59,046 nt of DNA from Roseiarcus sp. (GTDB lineage: Bacteria; Pseudomonadota; Alphaproteobacteria; Rhizobiales; Beijerinckiaceae). The notes beneath the pieces were generated by a model. The model did not search any database. It worked only from the letters and a program-made list of their open reading frames with translations, and was not told the DNA's origin. Positions within the stretch are counted from its first letter, which is position 1. Every line of letters begins with the position of its first letter. The position numbers and the translations under genes were made by a program. The stretch covers positions 1-59,046 of the forward strand of contig DATGHB010000403.1 of assembly GCA_035308265.1 (NCBI GenBank), given 5' to 3'. Of this stretch, positions 56,599 to 59,046 are shown piece by piece.

Positions 56599-57849
56599 TC
56601 AGAGCGTGCGTTTCGCGTCGAACACGACGAGGTCGTGCTCCCAGAGGCGTTTGAAAAACTGGCGGCACGCCTCGTCGTTCATCCCGGCGCTGCTCAGAAT
56701 CTCGCCAACCGAACGCTCGCCGTCGATCGCCTTAAGGACCCGCTCCTGCGCGGCGTCGATGAAGAACGCGAGGTCGGGATAGATGTGGGTCGGATTGATG
56801 AGGACGGCGGCGACCCCGCACGGCGCTCGGTCCTTGACGGTCAGCGTCCAGGGCAAGCGAAGGGGAACGAAATCAAGCCAGGCGTCGCCCTCGAAGGCGA
56901 TCGGCTGGGCTTCAAGCGCGCGATCGTCGCGATAGGCGACGAAGCTGTGCCGGTCCATCGTCCCGCGCAGAAGCTCCATCGCCGCATGGCGCGCGCGTTC
57001 GGGCAAAGCGGCGAGCCGCGCCGCGTGGGCCGTGCGCGCGATCGCTCCGCATTGCGGCAGATAGGGCGCCTGCTCATGCCATCGCCCGAATCTTAGGCCA
57101 CAGCGGTCGAGCCAGTCATGGAGTTGGGGCACGGAATAGGCGCGCTCCTGGGGGTTGAGCAGCGCGTCGGCGAGCGCGTCGGGTTTCGCGAAATCTTTCG
57201 CCCGCTTGAGCACGCCGGCGATCGGGTGGTCGGGCGCGAGCGCCTGGATCGTTGCGCCGAGGTCGCGCAATTCCTCGTCGCGGACTCCGACGCCTAACAG
57301 CCGACAATAATCCTGAATCATGGCGATGCCGGCGCGCCCGTAAGGCGCGTAGACCATGACGTGCATGGCGCCGTTGTCGTCAAGGACATTGCGGAGCGAG
57401 CTCAAGCCCGAGTCCGGATCGCTCAGGTGGTGAAGGACGCCGGTACAGACGATCTGGTCGAAAGTCTCGCCAAGCTTTCCGACCTCCTCGATCGCCAGGC
57501 GCTCGAGACGCAAATTGCATATGTCGTGCTTGTGTTGAAGATCGCGGGTGTGGCTGAGGCTCGTCTCGCTGATGTCGATCGCAGTCACGCGCGCGTCGGG
57601 CTCGCTCAGCGCGTAGCGGGCCGCCTGCGACGTTCCGCATCCGGCGACAAGGATTTTTCTGTCCGCGCGCGGTTGCTCCAACGGCCAGAGCAGCAGGGAT
57701 TGCGCGCGCCGCCGGCGTGGGTCGCGGAAGCGATCGAGGCGCTTCTCGAAGCTCGTCACCGGCGCCGGATAGGGATGCGACTCGTAGAACGCTCGAACCG
57801 CCTCGGCGCGATCGGCTGACGTTTGCGCGGGTTCGCTGCTCGTCGACAT
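56599..57849 (-). CDS. Class I SAM-dependent methyltransferase with C-terminal winged-helix-like extension
   Basis: FYESHPYP, ILVAGCGT, AIDIS and FDQIVCTGVLHHL motifs. Confidence 0.88.
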   Translation of the reverse strand: MSTSSEPAQTSADRAEAVRAFYESHPYPAPVTSFEKRLDRFRDPRRRRAQSLLLWPLEQPRADRKILVAGCGTSQAARYALSEPDARVTAIDISETSLSHTRDLQHKHDICNLRLERLAIEEVGKLGETFDQIVCTGVLHHLSDPDSGLSSLRNVLDDNGAMHVMVYAPYGRAGIAMIQDYCRLLGVGVRDEELRDLGATIQALAPDHPIAGVLKRAKDFAKPDALADALLNPQERAYSVPQLHDWLDRCGLRFGRWHEQAPYLPQCGAIARTAHAARLAALPERARHAAMELLRGTMDRHSFVAYRDDRALEAQPIAFEGDAWLDFVPLRLPWTLTVKDRAPCGVAAVLINPTHIYPDLAFFIDAAQERVLKAIDGERSVGEILSSAGMNDEACRQFFKRLWEHDLVVFDAKRTL

Positions 57850-58014
57850 CCACTGCGGTCCTTCAGGTTGGCAAGCATCGGCGGGCCGAGCACGGCGCCT
57901 CGAGCAGCGGCTTTGACACCCGATCGGCGGGCGACTATCCAAAGCAGCCTCGACCGATTCTGGTCAACAGGGTGCGGTCCCGGTTGCAGAAATGCGTAGC
58001 GCCTCCGGCAATGC

Positions 58015-58551
58015 TTGTCGCATCGCGTGAAGAATGTCCGCGCCTTGACTGACGCGCCGTCGAAAAGCGCGATTCTGACGGCGCAACTGGCCGCCGTGCT
58101 CCTCCTCGGCCTCGTCGCCCTCGGGGTTGTCTGGTATGGGATCACCGCCGAGAGCCTCGGCCGGCTGTGGAGGGACATCCTCGATCGGCCCGGCGGCCCG
58201 ATGACCTTTCGCTTCATTCTGCAGCCGGCGATGGCGATCCTCGCCGCGGCGCGCGACGGGGTCCGCGACGCCCGCCTCGGGCGCAGACCCTATGTCTGGG
58301 CCCTGATCCACGGCGTCCGCGACCCGCAGGGGCGCAGCGGACGTCTGTGGGAGGGCATCATCGCGACCGGGCGGGTCCTGATTCTTGGCGTCATCATGGA
58401 TATCATCTACCAATGGAAGGTGCTGGGCACGTTCTATCCCGGCCAGGCGGCGGTGATTGTGATTTTGCTCGCCTTTGTTCCCTATTTGCTGTTGCGTGGC
58501 CCCTTCGAGCGCGTGGCGCGCCACTGGGTCGCCTGGCGCGCATCGAATTGA
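58015..58551 (+). CDS. Hypothetical membrane protein (start uncertain)
   Basis: Hydrophobic segments; GPMTFRFILQPAMA and PYLLLRGP; in an operon with the DUF202 gene. Confidence 0.7.
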   Translation: MSHRVKNVRALTDAPSKSAILTAQLAAVLLLGLVALGVVWYGITAESLGRLWRDILDRPGGPMTFRFILQPAMAILAAARDGVRDARLGRRPYVWALIHGVRDPQGRSGRLWEGIIATGRVLILGVIMDIIYQWKVLGTFYPGQAAVIVILLAFVPYLLLRGPFERVARHWVAWRASN

Positions 58552-58576
58552 GCGACCCGGTTCAAGAGAGGACGCG

Positions 58577-59023
58577 GTGAATCCCGATCTCAAGCTTGAC
58601 GCGAACACCGAGCTCTCGTCGCGCCGCACCGGCATGTCGTTCCAGCGCACGCGGATGAGCGCCGACCGGACGCTGATGTCGGTGATCCGAACCTCCCTTT
58701 CGCTGATCGGCTTCGGCTTCACCATCGCGCAGGTGTTCGAGAAGCTGCGCGATCAGGAGATCATCAAGAAAGCCGCCGCGCCGCGCAACTTCGGGCTCGC
58801 TCTGGTCGCGCTCGGCATCGTGATGCTCGTCCTCGGCATCGGCTATCACGTGCAGTTCATGATGGGGCTGCGGCGCCTGCGCGAGTCGATGCGGGCGGAA
58901 GGGCTCGTCCATGGCGAGACCGTCTTTCCCGTGTCGCTGACCCTGGTCACGGCGCTGGTCCTTCTCCTCATTGGCGTCGCGGCGATTGTCAGCATGGCGT
59001 TTCGGGTCGGACCGTTCGGGTAG
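58577..59023 (+). CDS. DUF202/YidH family membrane protein
   Basis: RTRMSADRTLMSVIRTSLSLIGFGF and three TM helices. Confidence 0.85.
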   Translation: MNPDLKLDANTELSSRRTGMSFQRTRMSADRTLMSVIRTSLSLIGFGFTIAQVFEKLRDQEIIKKAAAPRNFGLALVALGIVMLVLGIGYHVQFMMGLRRLRESMRAEGLVHGETVFPVSLTLVTALVLLLIGVAAIVSMAFRVGPFG

Positions 59024-59046
59024 GGAGGCGCATGGGGCGAATTTGA

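Noticed and set aside
59024-59046. Next gene start after GGAGG (ATG 59032)
   Set aside because: It reads MGRI-stop at the window edge, so nothing can be supported.

Overview
High-GC alphaproteobacterial chromosome segment, most likely Hyphomicrobiales, judged from gene content and the PEPxxWA-type sorting tail. It has about 45 CDSs and no rRNA, tRNA, CRISPR array, transposase or integrase. From left to right: (1) a lower-GC, Tat-exported serine hydrolase running off the left edge, which is absent from the ORF track; (2) fabI, a divergent ECF sigma/anti-sigma pair, a DnaJ-class protein, pdxH and a NUDIX gene; (3) a D-apionate-type catabolic locus (ABC importer, GntR regulator, RuBisCO-like protein, four-carbon-acid kinase, ApnO) with two near-identical 20-bp operator candidates; (4) a polyol ABC/dehydrogenase/AraC operon; (5) helicase-S4, lactonase, proA, mog, SulP and a GlxA/CMD/DJ-1 module; (6) a WcaJ-like transferase, exosortase, small accessory protein and secreted beta-helix protein; (7) a protease and RND pump; (8) prpE, TauE, GtrA, acyl-CoA ligase and CHAD; (9) a PEP-CTERM protein, phbAB, FGE, a methyltransferase and DUF202. 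The most unusual signal is non-coding. Three intergenic elements (about 1381-1795 +, 6050-6335 -, 33160-33420 +) each begin with a similar sigma70-like promoter, share a 30-bp core, encode no credible protein, and point at the 3' end of a convergent gene. Two further families of dispersed palindromic repeats are also present. All calls were made by eye from motifs; no searches were run.
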